Positions 26,871-41,428 are shown, counted from the stretch's first letter. The stretch is 64,000 bases of DNA from Octopus bimaculoides (GCF_001194135.2 NC_068990.1:64665468-64729467), one strand, 5' to 3'. Notes: generated by a model not told the origin, from the sequence alone. Translations and numbers: made by a program.

Positions 26871-27489
26871 ATAATCTCCAATCAAAAACTATGAAGTCAA
26901 AAACATTGAAAATCACTAGGGTAGACTATACTTCGTTGAAAAGGTTCAATAAGGCAGAAACAGGCCTACAGTTGTCTCAGTAATGCTAAAGATGAAACCC
27001 TACTCATTTACTTTACTGCGTCTCATCTTTAGTTAANNNNNNNNNNNNNNNNNNNNNNNNNNNNNNNNNNNNNNNNNNNNNNNNNNNNNNNNNNNNNNNN
27101 NNNNNNNNNNNNNNNNNNNNNNNNNNNNNNNNNNNNNNNNNNNNNNNNNNNNNNNNNNNNNNNNNNNNNNNNNNNNNNNNNNNNNNNNNNNNNNNNNNNN
27201 NNNNNNNNNNNNNNNNNNNNNNNNNNNNNNNNNNNNNNNNNNNNNNNNNNNNNNNNNNNNNNNNNNNNNNNNNNNNNNNNNNNNNNNNNNNNNNNNNNNN
27301 NNNNNNNNNNNNNNNNNNNNNNNNNNNNNNNNNNNNNNNNNNNNNNNNNNNNNNNNNNNNNNNNNNNNNNNNNNNNNNNNNNNNTCGAGTGTACTGGGCT
27401 CTTCTTTTATCATTCCCTAAATTCCGTTAAATTGTCACCGAACTATCTCGCAGGAAACAGACTGTGACATCCAGCTGAAGTAGCGAAAA

Positions 27490-28684
<1,195 letters not shown>

Positions 28685-28829
28685 CAACAACAACAATAAC
28701 AACAACAATAATAATAATAATAATGGTGGTGATGATGATGATGATGACGATGATGATGATGATGATGATAAATGTCCGGATGCAATACCAGACAGTGGCT
28801 TTCATGGCTTCTCATTTTAACGGACTGGA

Positions 28830-29090
28830 ATTGTTATGTACATTGTTTTGTCTTGGTATAAAAGGTGGGCTACAACAAATATTCAGCTCAGTACCACAAA
28901 TCTGCTTGTCAGTTGTTTGACTTAACCAATTGAGCATGTCCCTTGGTGGCTGATGATATGTGCATCTCTGATCACGAACAGAAGTAGTGGGGGAGCATCA
29001 TAGCCATGTGTTGAGAGGAATTCTTTTGGGTTTGAATAATTCACCTTTGGAAACATGGGTGTTTCGTTCAACATTCTTAAACAACCATTT
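28830..29090 (+). repeat. Unclassified interspersed repeat; inverted copy at about 36530-36780
   Basis: GCATCTCTGATCA...GTAGTGGGGGAGCATCATAGCCATGTGTTGAGAG is shared in opposite orientations. Confidence 0.7.
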
Positions 29091-29310
29091 GAGCAGGATG
29101 GCCTACTCGATCTGATGATCATTCTAACAGGGCTTTACCTGCAAGGTCACGCGCTGTTTATCTTGATATGAGATCACCATGTCGCGCACCTATGGTTGTG
29201 ATGCATGTGCCTGGTGTACCCTTATCAGATGGATAGTCATGATGGGTACATTCGGCTTCGTATATTTGTACCCCAGTGTCACTTTGATGGCATGCACTGC
29301 TTTCTCCCTC

Positions 29311-31020
29311 AATAATAATAATAATAATAATTAATTCTGTTTTATTGGTCACAAGGGCTAATATAAATCAAAAATATGGAAGGACAAAGACAGGACGAAA
29401 AGTACAAAGGGTTTTGCGAAAAAGAAAGGTCCGTGTAAACATTAATAACAGCGAAAAATATAACAAATAAAACTCCCAATAGGGGGAGGTGCTTTGAAGG
29501 GTTACACGTGAAAAACCCCATAAAAGCCACGGAAGCCTGGTCAAAAGGGGGTAGAGAGCCCCTTCTTTTATATTACCTTTTCCTTTTACAGGTGTAACCT
29601 CAGAATTGATCCGTTCATACTGGCCATTTTACCAACAGTCACCCACCTTTCAATAAATTTGCTACGAGACAGCACTTCCCTCTCTACTCTCATCTTCCTT
29701 TTTAAGTGGAACTTGAAAAAGTTGATGAAGCCTTGGCCAAAGAGGAGAATGTCTTTCAAACGGGTCTACCATACCACCTCTTTCGCTACAGCCATTAGAC
29801 AAAGGAAAATTGCCTTGCCCTCCCGGTTAAAGGAGGTCGGCGAAGCAATCTTCATTATGGATTCAGCTGATAGCTGGATCCGTCCTACACGCGACAGTAG
29901 CTGTTNNNNNNNNNNNNNNNNNNNNNNNNNNNNNNNNNNNNNNNNNNNNNNNNNNNNNNNNNNNNNNNNNNNNNNNNNNNNNNNNNNNNNNNNNNNNNNN
30001 NNNNNNNNNNNNNNNNNNNNNNNNNNNNNNNNNNNNNNNNNNNNNNNNNNNNNNNNNNNNNNNNNNNNNNNNNNNNNNNNNNNNNNNNNNNNNNNNNNNN
30101 NNNNNNNNNNNNNNNNNNNNNNNNNNNNNNNNNNNNNNNNNNNNNNNNNNNNNNNNNNNNNNNNNNNNNNNNNNNNNNNNNNNNNNNNNNNNNNNNNNNN
30201 NNNNNNNNNNNNNNNNNNNNNNNNNNNNNNNNNNNNNNNNNNNNNNNNNNNNNNNNNNNNNNNNNNNNNNNNNNNNNNNNNNNNNNNNNNNNNNNNNNNN
30301 NNNNNNNNNNNNNNCTAGAGTTTCCTCGAGAACGTCGTCGCACTTTTCCTCCACTAACCCTCTATAGAACACTAGAGTGGAACTACTACCGATCGCATTA
30401 CCCGCCTGGCTGAGGGCGGAGAGAACTTGGCGGCACTCGAGGTGCCTAGCGCCCTTTCTCGGTCTACATTTGATCCAAGATTGCAGCTCTGTCAAAGAGA
30501 TGAGCTGCGGAAAATCGTGTCTGACGAACGGTGAACACACCCGTTCACCGTCCAGGAAACTCTTGAGATACCGTAGCCTGAGCGCATGTCTGCGCATTAG
30601 CAACCACGGCATGCCAAGGCCTCCGTTCAGCGGCTGTTGACAGCAGATGGAGCGCCTGACCGGTGGTACCTGACCCTTCCACAGAAAGTCGAAGAGCAAG
30701 CGCACCAGCTTGGCCAACCAGCGGTCAGGACAAGGAACGACGTCAATCGGTAATATATGTCCGGACCGAACCAGACTCCGTGCAGTTTAACGAGACCGTC
30801 TGTCCAGCACCCTACGACGCTGTTAGATGTTGGGTTCTTGGAGACAGTATAAGAAGGCATGAAGCGGAATATAAAGTAAATTGGAATAGAGTGCCCAGTA
30901 GAACTGTTACAAAAGGTGCCTCCTTGGCACGGCCAGAATAACCAGGAAAGTATTAGTTGAAAAGAACAGATAGTATAGTATTATAGGCAGTAATCCCGCT
31001 GCGCAGGCAAGAAACCTGGA
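29311..31020 (-). mobile_element. 5'-truncated L1/Tx1-like LINE
   Basis: VKLHGVWFG, then LFDFLWKGQVPPVRRSICCQQPLNGGLGMP (post-RT FLW...GGLG.P motif); 3' end AATAAA plus (TTA)n; contains gap 29906-30314. Confidence 0.75.
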
Positions 31021-31054
31021 GTCTCAACAAAACCTGAGTTAAAAAGAATAATAA

Positions 31055-31445
31055 TAATCCTTTCTACTGAAGGCACAAGGCCTGAAATTTGTGGGGAGGG
31101 GACTAGTCGATTACATCGACCCAGTGTTTTACTGGTACTTAATCTATCGACCCCAAAATGTTGAAAGGCAAAGTCGACCTCGGCAGAATTTGATCTCAGA
31201 ACGTAGCGGCAGATGAAATACCGCTAAGCATTGCGCCCGTCGTGCTAACAATTCTTTTCTACTCTAGGCACAAGGCCCGAATTTTTAGAGATTAAATCGA
31301 CCCAGTACGCAGCTAGTACTTAATTTATCCATTTCGAAAGGATGAAAAGCAAAGTCAACCTCGGTGGAATTTGAACTCAGAACATAAAGACAGACGAAAC
31401 GCCGGTAAGCATTTCGCCCGGAAAGCTAATGATACTGCCTCCTTT

Positions 31446-31478
<33 letters not shown>

Positions 31479-32575
31479 GTGATGATGATGATGATAATAA
31501 TCCTTTCTGCTATAAGCATAAGACCTCAAATTTGTGGGGAGGTATTAAGTCGATTACATCGACCCCAGTTCGTAACTGGTATTTATTCAATCGACCCCAC
31601 AAAAGGATGAAAAGCAAACGACCTTGGCGGAATTTGAACTCAGAAAATAACGGCGTGCTAGCGATTCTGCCAGCTCGCCGCCTTTTTAATAATAATAATA
31701 ATAATGATAATAATAATAATAATAATCCTTTTTACTATAGGCACAAGGCCTGAAATTTGAAGGAGGGGGATAGTCCTACTCAGTTTTATCGACCCCAAAA
31801 GGATGAAAGGCAAAGTCAACCTCGGCGGAATTTGAACTCAGAACATGTAGACGGACGAAATATCGTTAAGCATTTCGCCCGGAAAGCTAACGATTCTGCC
31901 AACCTTAATGATAATCCTTTCTATTATAGGCACAAGGTCCGAAATTTGTGAGGAGAGGGTTGGTCGATCACATCGACCCCAGTGTTTCACTGGTACTTAA
32001 TTTATCGACCCCGAAAGGATGAAAGGCAAAGTCGACCTCAGCAGAATTTGAGCGTAAAGGTGGACGAAATGCCTCTAAGCGTTTCGCCTGCCCATCGCCT
32101 TTTTAATATCAATAATAATAATGATGGTTTCAAATTTTGCCACAAGGACAGCAATTTTGGGGAGAGAGGAAGAGTCGATTACATCGACTCCAGTGTTTCA
32201 CTGGTACTTATTTTATCGACTCCGAAAGGATGAAAGGCAAAGTCACCTAGGCGGNNNNNNNNNNAGGGGGTAAGTCGATTACACCGACCCCAGTGATTCA
32301 CTGGTGCTTAATTTTTCGACCCCGAAAGGATGGAAGGCAAAGTCAATCTCGGCGGAATTTGAACTCAGAACTTAGCGACAGACGAAATAAATAATAATAT
32401 GGTTTCAAATTTTGTCACAAGGGCAACAATTTTTTTTGGCGGGGAGGGGGGGTGATAAGTCGATTACATTGACTCAGCGTTTCACTGGTACTTAATTTAT
32501 CGATCCCGAAAGGATGAAAGGCAGGGTCGACCTCGGCGGAATTTGAACTCAGAACGTGGCGACAGACGAAATAAA
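31055..32575 (-). repeat. Head-to-tail array of about 8 SINE B copies, mostly separated by (TAA)n or AAT-rich spacers
   Basis: Approximate units 31058-31253, 31256-31445, 31500-31685, 31727-31905, 31915-32100, 32128-32254, 32265-32390, 32401-32575, all in the same orientation. Confidence 0.88.
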
Positions 32576-32730
32576 TGATAATGATAACAACTTCTGATTC
32601 TGCCACAGAGGCGATAAATGATAGTACATTAAAAAGAAAAATCACAATGTCTTGTTGGAGATTTATGCTGAATCAATAATGATTCATTCGACTGCAGACA
32701 TGCTGGGGCATCGCCTTGAAGGTTTTAGTC

Positions 32731-32977
32731 CAGTGTTTCTCAACTATTTTTAGCTCATGGACTCAACTTTTTCATTGATTATCATTTTACTTAGAATGGA
32801 CCTTCATGGCCATTCGATGTTTAAAAAAAACCTGTTATATTTTTATAATTAAATATTATTAGGAATTGTATTTAAAAAAATGTTAAAAACATTTTGTGTA
32901 TTGTAGAAGTAGAAGTAATTTATTGCAGATAAATTTTAACAACAAAATCTTATATGGACCCTGATTGAGAACCACTG
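32731..32977. mobile_element. hAT-like MITE
   Basis: TIRs CAGTGTTTCTCAAC / GATTGAGAACCACTG; degenerate 8-bp flanks TTTTAGTC / GCTTAATC. Confidence 0.7.
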
Positions 32978-33238
32978 GCTTAATCGAACAAATAGACCCC
33001 AGGAATTATTTTATTTTCATGCCTGGTACTTATTCTGTCAGTCGGTTTTACCGAACCGCTAAGTTGTTGGGACGTAAACAAACCAACACCGGTTGTCAAG
33101 CGTATATATATGTATGTAAGCTGGGTTTCTTTCAGTTTCCGTCTACCAAATTTACTCACAAGGCCTTGGTCAGCCCGTGATTTTAGTTGCCCCAGGTACC
33201 GCGCAATGGGTTTGAATTCAAGAGCACATGGTTTAGAT

Positions 33239-33582
33239 CAAGGGTTCTCAAACATTTTTTCTTTTTATCTATGGACCCCTTTCATCACTATTTTATTTTG
33301 GTGGAACCCCATAGCCATTTGCTGTTTTAAATTAGTTTTATAGGAACTTCTTTCCAAATTCCTATTTTGTTTTTCACACATTAACTTAAGTTGAACTATG
33401 TAAAACGTTACAGAAAGAAACCTAACTGTCTCTTGTAATATATACCAATACATACAGCTAAATCAAAATTTTTTTTTCAGGGGCCCTTAAAATACTATTG
33501 TGGATCCCCAATTTACTATTTTGTTGCGTGGACTCCGAAAAATTTTAACAGGGGTCACATGGACCCCAGTCGAGAACTACTG
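33239..33582. mobile_element. hAT (Charlie-like) MITE with 8-bp TSD
   Basis: TIRs CAAGGGTTCTCAAA / GTCGAGAACTACTG; flanks GTTTAGAT (33231-33238) and GTTTAGAA (33583-33590) match at 7 of 8. Confidence 0.75.
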
Positions 33583-35044
33583 GTTTAGAAGCAAATTTAT
33601 TACCACACAGCCACGCCTTATGAGAAGAAAAAAATACAGGCATGAAAATTAGTAGAAATGTGTTGTAAAAATAGTTGTATTATTAATAATTAATATTTAT
33701 GTATTTCTTATACACAGTGCGTATTAGAAAACTAAAAGTAGATTCAAATTCGTTAAATAGTTAAGTGGTTTTTTAAGCCTTAATCTTGTGTTTTCAAATG
33801 CACAGTGTGTTGCGCATAAATATTTAACAATTGTTTAATCCTACTGCCGACAAACGTACGATATACATCTTAGGTTAGCCATTACAGCTAAGTTTTAGAT
33901 TGTGAGTGATTTTAATAACGATTTGTTATAAGATCTCTTCGTAGAGATATGAATGAGAGTATGTTACCTTCTGATGAAGGTTCTACAAATCGTGAAACAT
34001 ATCACAGCAACACCTTTATTATTTTATGTACCAAGAGAGGAATAAGATGTATACACATCTGTGTGAAGCTTCACGGTGAAAGGTGAAAGGCTTAAAAACT
34101 GTATCTACTTTAAATTTATCTTAGAATCGCGTTATATAATATAGTTCGAGTGTGTGTGACGGGAGGGTGGGGTGTCCAGAGCCTCTGATTATCAGAAGTG
34201 CGTCGAAACCTTTTGACACTTCATAATAAACTGTATTATTACGAAACTAGAAAAGCACTCGGAGAGCGCAGACCTCCGCCAAACCAGCAGGAGCAGCACT
34301 ACGACGACGACGACGACGACCACCACCACCACCACCACTACCACCATATCACAATCACCACCACAACTATCATACCACTATCACCACCACCACAACCACC
34401 AACATCACCAGCAGCATTGTCATTGCTTCCACTTCACCCACATACACCGCCATCAACGTTATCATGACAGTTACCTTGACAGTCACTTTCACCACCACAA
34501 CCAGTATAACAACTACAATACCNNNNNNNNNNNNNNNNNNNNNNNNNNNNNNNNNNNNNNNNNNNNNNNNNNNNNNNNNNNNNNNNNNNNNNNNNNNNNN
34601 NNNNNNNNNNNNNNNNNNNNNNNNNNNNNNNNNNNNNNNNNNNNNNNNNNNNNNNNNNNNNNNNNNNNNNNNNNNNNNNNNNNNNNNNNNNNNNNNNNNN
34701 NNNNNNNNNNNNNNNNNNNNNNNNNNNNNNNNNNNNNNNNNNNNNNNNNNNNNNNNNNNNNNNNNNNNNNNNNNNNNNNNNNNNNNNNNNNGATACTCAT
34801 GGGACCGAGATTGCTGCAGATTTTTTATTTTTCTAATTTCGGAGTGCTTTATTAAAAAAGAAATTGCATCTACAAAACGGAACAGTTTGAGGATAGAAAC
34901 TAGGTCTAAACACAATAGCTTATAGACATACTCTGAATGTAGTTCTATATAAATCTTTAATAATTTTTTTATACTTAAGACCATCAGAAATGTTAAGATA
35001 TCGGCCTCTACCCACATTGTCATGCTTTGATTAAAAGGTTACAG

Positions 35045-35480
35045 CATAGATTAGATTACTTAAATAAGTTTCGGCCGAAGTTGACTCAGGCCATGTCTAA
35101 TTTAATAGCACCACCTCGAAGAGATACGCAGTCAGCTCTGGGGAACTGTGGCCCATTCAAGCAGATGGTTATTGTTTTCAGAGACATATCTGTGTGTGGG
35201 TGGTTTATCTGGTATTTGTTGGGGGTAATCATCTAGGGATCGTTTGAATGCCGTGAAGTCACTTTCCTCCTTTATGTATGTCTGGCACGATGTTGAAGAG
35301 AGAAGGGCCAATTGAAGCGAAATAGTTCTGTCATAGTGTTGTGATACGACATGAATATTTCTGTAGTGGACAGATGGCACGGGGGCCAAGCCTCAGACGA
35401 ATTTTAAAGATGGGCAATGTTGATGGAATATTTTCCACATCATACAGATGATATAGAGCTCACAGCGGCGGTGGAGGGAG
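35045..35480 (-). mobile_element. CR1/L2-group LINE 3' fragment
   Basis: ...FTAFKRSLDDYPQQIPDKPPTHRYVSENNNHLLEW* resembles a CR1-type ORF2 end; followed by a GGCC..GGCC stem-loop and short tail repeats. Confidence 0.55.
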
Positions 35481-35541
35481 CAAAGCCTGAGCTTTTTGAG
35501 TCGATCCCAATAGTCAAGGCTTGTCATGCCATCCTCCGCAG

Positions 35542-35836
35542 ACCTCCGCCAAGCAGTTCATTTTAAGATAGATACGCGAGTAAAATTACTAATAGAGAAA
35601 AGAAAATAAATTTTGGAATCAGCAACTCCACCAAATAATGAACGTATAATACTTCATGTAAAGTAGATATAACAAATGAAAAATCCATCAAAATCCAAAA
35701 TTTCATCATCTGGTCTTTGTGTCATTACCAACTTTTCCTGCAAGTTTCATCAAATACCGTTCACAACTTTTTCAGTTATTTTGCACACAGACGAACCAAC
35801 GGCGGTGAAAACATAACCTCCTTCCTTGGCGGAGGT
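35542..35836. mobile_element. Non-autonomous DNA element, possibly Helentron/HINE-like
   Basis: 12-bp inverted repeats ACCTCCGCCAAG (35542-35553) / CTTGGCGGAGGT (35825-35836), a terminal hairpin ACCTCC..GGAGGT, and an internal AAGTTTCATCAAATACCGTTCA motif. Confidence 0.5.
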
Positions 35837-35925
35837 AATAACCGATACATGAACATATTAGCTTTTTGCGTGGTCTTAAATGGTTAAACTGATACTTCTA
35901 CAATGTAATGTGTGTGATTGAATGC

Positions 35926-35960
<35 letters not shown>

Positions 35961-38054
35961 NNNNNNNNNNNNNNNNNNNNNNNNNNNNNNNNNNNNNNNN
36001 NNNNNNNNNNNNNNNNNNNNNNNNNNNNNNNNNNNNNNNNNNNNNNNNNNNNNNNNNNNNNNNNNNNNNNNNNNNNNNNNNNNNNNNNNNNNNNNNNNNN
36101 NNNNNNNNNNNNNNNNNNNNNNNNNNNNNNNNNNNNNNNNNNNNNNNNNNNNNNNNNNNNNNNNNNNNNNNNNNNNNNNNNNNNNNNNNNNNNNNNNNNN
36201 NNNNNNNNNNNNNNNNNNNNNNNNNNNNNNNNNNNNNNNNNNNNNNNNNNNNNNNNNNNNNNNNNNNNNNNNNNNNNNNNNNNNNNNNNNNNNNNNNNNN
36301 NNNNNNNNNNNNNNNNNNNNNNNNNNNNNNNNNNNNNNNNNNNNNNNNNNNNNNNNNNNNNNNNNNNNNNNNNNNNNNNNCAGAGTTCTCTCTCTTATCT
36401 TTTCCAATAAAAATTGTCATTAATGCCAATAATTGAGAAACTCACAAAAAGCCTGTTTGATATTTCGGTTGTAGATAACACTGTGTAACACGATTTTTGT
36501 CCTTGGGTAGCAACTGTTATTTCCTATTTGCTTACACCTAGAAAGTATGTAAAAAGGGCTAATATTTCTGTCAAACTTTGCTTTTGTTACATTTATTCAA
36601 ACCCCCAAAGAATCCCTCTCAACACATGGCTATGATGCTCCCCCACTACACCTGCTCATGATCAGAGATGCACATATTGTCAGCCACTAAGGGACATGCT
36701 CAAGTGGTTAAGGTCAAGCAATTGACAAGTAAATCTGTGGTATTGAGCAGAATATTTGCTATAACGATATTTCTGCTACAGCAGCTTAGTACTGAATCTG
36801 TCTAAAATGTAATGGAAAATAGGTCAGTTTTAAAACATCGATGTCCAGATCACAAAAACAAAATTTAAAGGGAGTAAGTAGTCATTTCCTTTAATTTCTA
36901 GATAGAAGCAAATAAGAAATAATACTTACTGACCAAAAACAGCAAAAAAAAAAAATTAGATAAATAAAAAGTTTCGTTACACAATGTAATCTGTTTGTTC
37001 ATCGTTGCTCAGATAGCTCGCTTACTCTCTTAAAAAGGCGTTCGGCCAACCCTCGTATCGAATATCTTATGGTCATTCGAATCCTTCGGTCAATGAGCAA
37101 AATGACGTTGATTTCTCATCTGTGAAATTGTTTGCAGCAATATTTCTGTCATTATATCTCTTTTCTCATTATCACCTACCAAAAGCGTGAATTTAAATAT
37201 TTTAGAAATATTAGAGAATTATATAAAAGTACAATGTAATTGAAGTTTTTAATATAATATTTGGTTCATTATTTTAAAATGGACTAAATATTGATTTCAA
37301 ATTTTGGTACAAGACCAGCAATTTCTCGGCAGCGAGAAGTCGATTACATTGAACCCAATGTTCGACTGGCACTTATTTTATCGACCCCGAAAGAATGAAA
37401 GGCAAAGTCGACCTCGGCAGAATTTGAACTCTGAGCGTGAAAAGTTAATTAAATATTGTGGGGAAATTATACATCTACAAAATGATATTTCGGCGAAAAC
37501 ACAAGAATTTTGACGAAGGTAAACAAGAATCATGGTAACATGAATTACATCAACCTTGGCAACGGTAACCCAGTGAGAAGAAGCAAGAAAGCAAGAAAGA
37601 AAGAAAGAAAGAAACACACACACACACACAGGCAGGCAGAAGGAGACAGAGAGAGAGAGAGAGTGGGGGGGATGGAATTAAAAGGGAAGAATGACATCCA
37701 AGTGACCGACAACTGGAATAATGTTCTCGCAGTGGTCTTACGACTGTCTCGGAACTTGCCTTCAAGTATAACCCACATTTGAGTAAGTTTTCTTTACTCT
37801 CAACCATTTTCCCGCAATGCAGCGTCCACATCAGTTGCTGTTGTTAAAGTACGACTTAAGCATCTTCATTTATATTCAACTGATGTAGTATTTCATGACT
37901 TACTCTTTCACAAAGCTAAACACCTTTGGCTAGCGTTGCAATACTTCACTATTTGTTAACTCATGAATATTCCTACTATCACTCTAGCTTGTATGTATGT
38001 ATGTATGTGTGTATGTGTGTGTGTGCGTATGTGTGTGTGTGTACATAGATATAC

Positions 38055-38126
<72 letters not shown>

Positions 38127-38169
38127 ACACATACATATATATACATACATACATAGACACACACTCACT

Positions 38170-38210
<41 letters not shown>

Positions 38211-38759
38211 CAGAGCCGGCGTTAGGAAGTGGGGGGGGGGGAATTAGAGAATTATAAAAGCTGAAGATTGATGTTCTATGCTTCGTTTAGTACGCTAGTC
38301 CTAGCCCAAAAGTGTTGAGGATTTGTGGCTCTACCACTTGCCACAATGATATACTAAAGATTCATCATACCATTCTCCCCTGGATCCTGTGCGGAGGGTG
38401 GGAGTGGGCTCTCGTGTCGTGGGGCCCAATTTGAACAAATCTGATTGCTTAAAACTGGCCGTGATATTATCCTTATCATAATGGAACATCTAGCTTCCAT
38501 CCTGCCATCAGTTGGACGGTTACCAGGATGCTTCAATGTCTTCTTTGGCAGGATTTCTACAAGTGGATCCCTTCTTAACATTAACCACTTTACAGGGTGC
38601 TTTTTATTCTTACCACAAGATCTGGTGAAGCTTGAAATTTGCAAGGCTAAGAGCCTAAAAGTAACCTCCATCGCTGAAGGAGAGAATAGAAGAGAAAATA
38701 GGCCTCGTTTATATATTACAGCCCCTTAATGAATACTCCTATATTAGGATGCCTGGGTC

Positions 38760-39195
38760 TTCTGTACTACCGCGTTTCGCCAGTCAGTGCAGCTCTGTCA
38801 TCTCTGTAAGATATAGCATCTTCATTTCAGCCTTCCCCGCATCGTCCAAAATCTTCCTTCTCGTTTCCCTCTTCCACGGCTTACTCTAGCTTGGAGTGCA
38901 CCACACTTTTGCATGTATCATCCGTATGCGTCACATGCCTTTACCTTCTCAGCCTCCTCCCTTGCATACAACGCAATGCTTAATTCCTCTTATACCCAGT
39001 TTTTCTCTTACCTCATTTGTGTTACAGAGTTCATGCACATTAACATTACGAACCCAACGCGTTAGTTTATTTTTCTAGTCTTCGCAAATCTTCTGCATTC
39101 AGGGCCTGCATCGCAGTTCTAATACAAGCCTCATGCAATCTGCGTTTCACTCTGAGGGAAACGGCGTTTGGTACCTACAGCAGTAGTAGCTTCAT
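38760..39195 (-). mobile_element. Degenerate RTE LINE ORF 3' fragment
   Basis: Hand translation SLRVKRRLHEACIRTAM..NAEDLRRLE..MQGRRLR resembles the RTE post-RT LY...VR..ML...LRRLE...RRLRW.GH pattern. Confidence 0.5.
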
Positions 39196-39232
39196 GAAAA
39201 TTTTCCGACTTATTTTTACCCTGGCTTATCTA

Positions 39233-39319
<87 letters not shown>

Positions 39320-40058
39320 NNNNNNNNNNNNNNNNNNNNNNNNNNNNNNNNNNNNNNNNNNNNNNNNNNNNNNNNNNNNNNNNNNNNNNNNNNNNNNNNN
39401 NNNNNNNNNNNNNNNNNNNNNNNNNNNNNNNNNNNNNNNNNNNNNNNNNNNNNNNNNNNNNNNNNNNNNNNNNNNNNNNNNNNNNNNNNNNNNNNNNNNN
39501 NNNNNNNNNNNNNNNNNNNNNNNNNNNNNNNNNNNNNNNNNNNNNNNNNNNNNNNNNNNNNNNNNNNNNNNNNNNNNNNNNNNNNNNNNNNNNNNNNNNN
39601 NNNNNNNNNNNNNNNNNNNNNNNNNNNNNNNNNNNNNNNNNNNNNNNNNNNNNNNNNNNNNNNNNNNNNNNNNNNNNNNNNNNNNNNNNNNNNNNNNNNN
39701 NNNNNNNNNNNNNNNNNNNNNNNNNNNNNNNNNNNNNNNNNNNNNNNNNNNNNNNNNNNNNNNNNNNNNNNNNNNNNNNNNNNNNNNNNNNNNNNNNNNN
39801 NNNNNNNNNNNNNNNNNNNNNNNNNNNNNNNNNNNNNNNNNNNNNNNNNNNNNNNNNNNNNNNNNNNNNNNNNNNNNNNNNNNNNNNNNNNNNNNNNNNN
39901 NNNNNNNNNNNNNNNNNNNNATAAAGAATTAATTGTAGACCGGGTTTCGCCATTAACTCTCTTTTGGAGAACATTCTTTTCTTTGTGGTTAGATCGTAGG
40001 TGATCTTTTTCTAGCATATCGGATGTCCACTTAGTGGTCATCCCTTCTTATACGCATG

Positions 40059-40089
<31 letters not shown>

Positions 40090-41375
40090 CTCATAACAAT
40101 CTTATAAAGTATACCCTTGTAGCAAAGCCTAGAATCGAAACCTTACAGCCTTAGTAACTAGAACCAAACCATACTTAGATCAAGAGACGTGCCCGGAATA
40201 CCAACCAATCAGCTTGCAGAGATATCACCCCATGCAATAGAATATTGTAATATGTTCCAGATAGTTCCCGTGCGAAAAGGGTTTATGTAAGCAACAAGAC
40301 TGGCAAGCACAGCTAGAGGTGGCGAAGAACCCGACGTGCGGAGCACACGCTTGCGTGCGGCAGAGGTTAGAGAACACATGCTTCTTTCAGTGGCGGCTCG
40401 TGTACTGGAACTGCAGAACTGCACACACACCCATTTCCACTCGATATTATCGATAACATTCAATATAATGAGTCCTTTTTTCTGTAATTCTTTCTTTATA
40501 CTTATACATTATATAATCCTTAAGCTTAATGTCAGTAGCCATCGTATAGTTTGTGTAAAAAATACAAAAATCCTTGCATAGAACTGTGTGCATCACAGTT
40601 CCAGCGATGCGGTGTTTGGCTGTTGTGCGCATGCTCACATGTCCGAGATAGGAAGCTTCACACTAGGGAGAGAGAGCACTGCGTGAACGACAGTGCCGGG
40701 TGAAAGGTAGTGTTTCTTTTGACTCCGCGTGTGTTATGTTTAAAATCGTGTTTATATTCTTGAATATCAAGTTTATGTATAAATTTTCTTTTTATGTTTT
40801 TGTTTCCTTTTACACAATATTAATACAACGGCTAAAGATTTTCTGAAGCAGCACCCCGACTAATTTTATCTCCGAGCTGCCACTGGCTTCTTTGTCCTTT
40901 CTCATCCTGTATTTAAAAAAATCTCTTCATCATCACTGCATTTTTCCTAGCGCGTACCATAAACACGATATCCTCACCTCTCGCCACACAAATAAGTAGC
41001 CAACTAATTCTTAGTCATAAACACATTCGAGGCATACATAGGATGCACAGAGAACAAGCTCCTTAAATAGACAAGTTTCCTTGGTTGCAACTCAGCCCAT
41101 GGTTATACAGATTTGCATTTCTCTTCAGTATATTATATAAGAATAAATGCTATAAACTGATTTGGTACGTGTCAACTGCTTTTTTATGCTTTTGTTCCTT
41201 ATATCTAAACCAGCTCGACCGATTTCTTGCCTAAGGCCAATCTTTATTTAGTCGGAGATCACACCCTTACACTTAACGTTGATGTTTGAACAGATATTCC
41301 ACCTGAACACGCATTGTATCTACCATTGTATCCACAGATTATCCAAAATCATTTGACATCTTGTTATCCAAAACT

Positions 41376-41428
<53 letters not shown>

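Larger units (their letters stand above)
32680..33618 (-). mobile_element. SINE family A copy carrying two hAT-like MITE insertions
   Basis: SINE sequence resumes after each insert; the head end TACCACACAGCCACGCCT is at 33601-33618. Confidence 0.8.

Noticed and set aside
31055-32575. CRISPR-like repeat/spacer array
   Set aside because: Units are ~150-200-bp diverged SINE copies also found dispersed, the spacers are microsatellites, the context is eukaryotic, and there are no cas genes.
33961-34010. Hammerhead-like CTGATGAAGG...GTGAAAC
   Set aside because: Stem II needs a bulge and no stem I partner follows the putative cleavage site; at most a decayed Penelope-type end.
35070-35095. GGCCTGAGTCAACTTCGGCCGAAAC (minus strand) as a hammerhead
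   Set aside because: Lacks CUGANGA; better explained as a CR1/L2-type 3' stem-loop.
37742-37837. Possible 96-nt minus-strand exon (QLMWTLHCGK...SSETV|gtaaga)
   Set aside because: The donor is plausible but the polypyrimidine tract is poor, and there is no recognisable homology.
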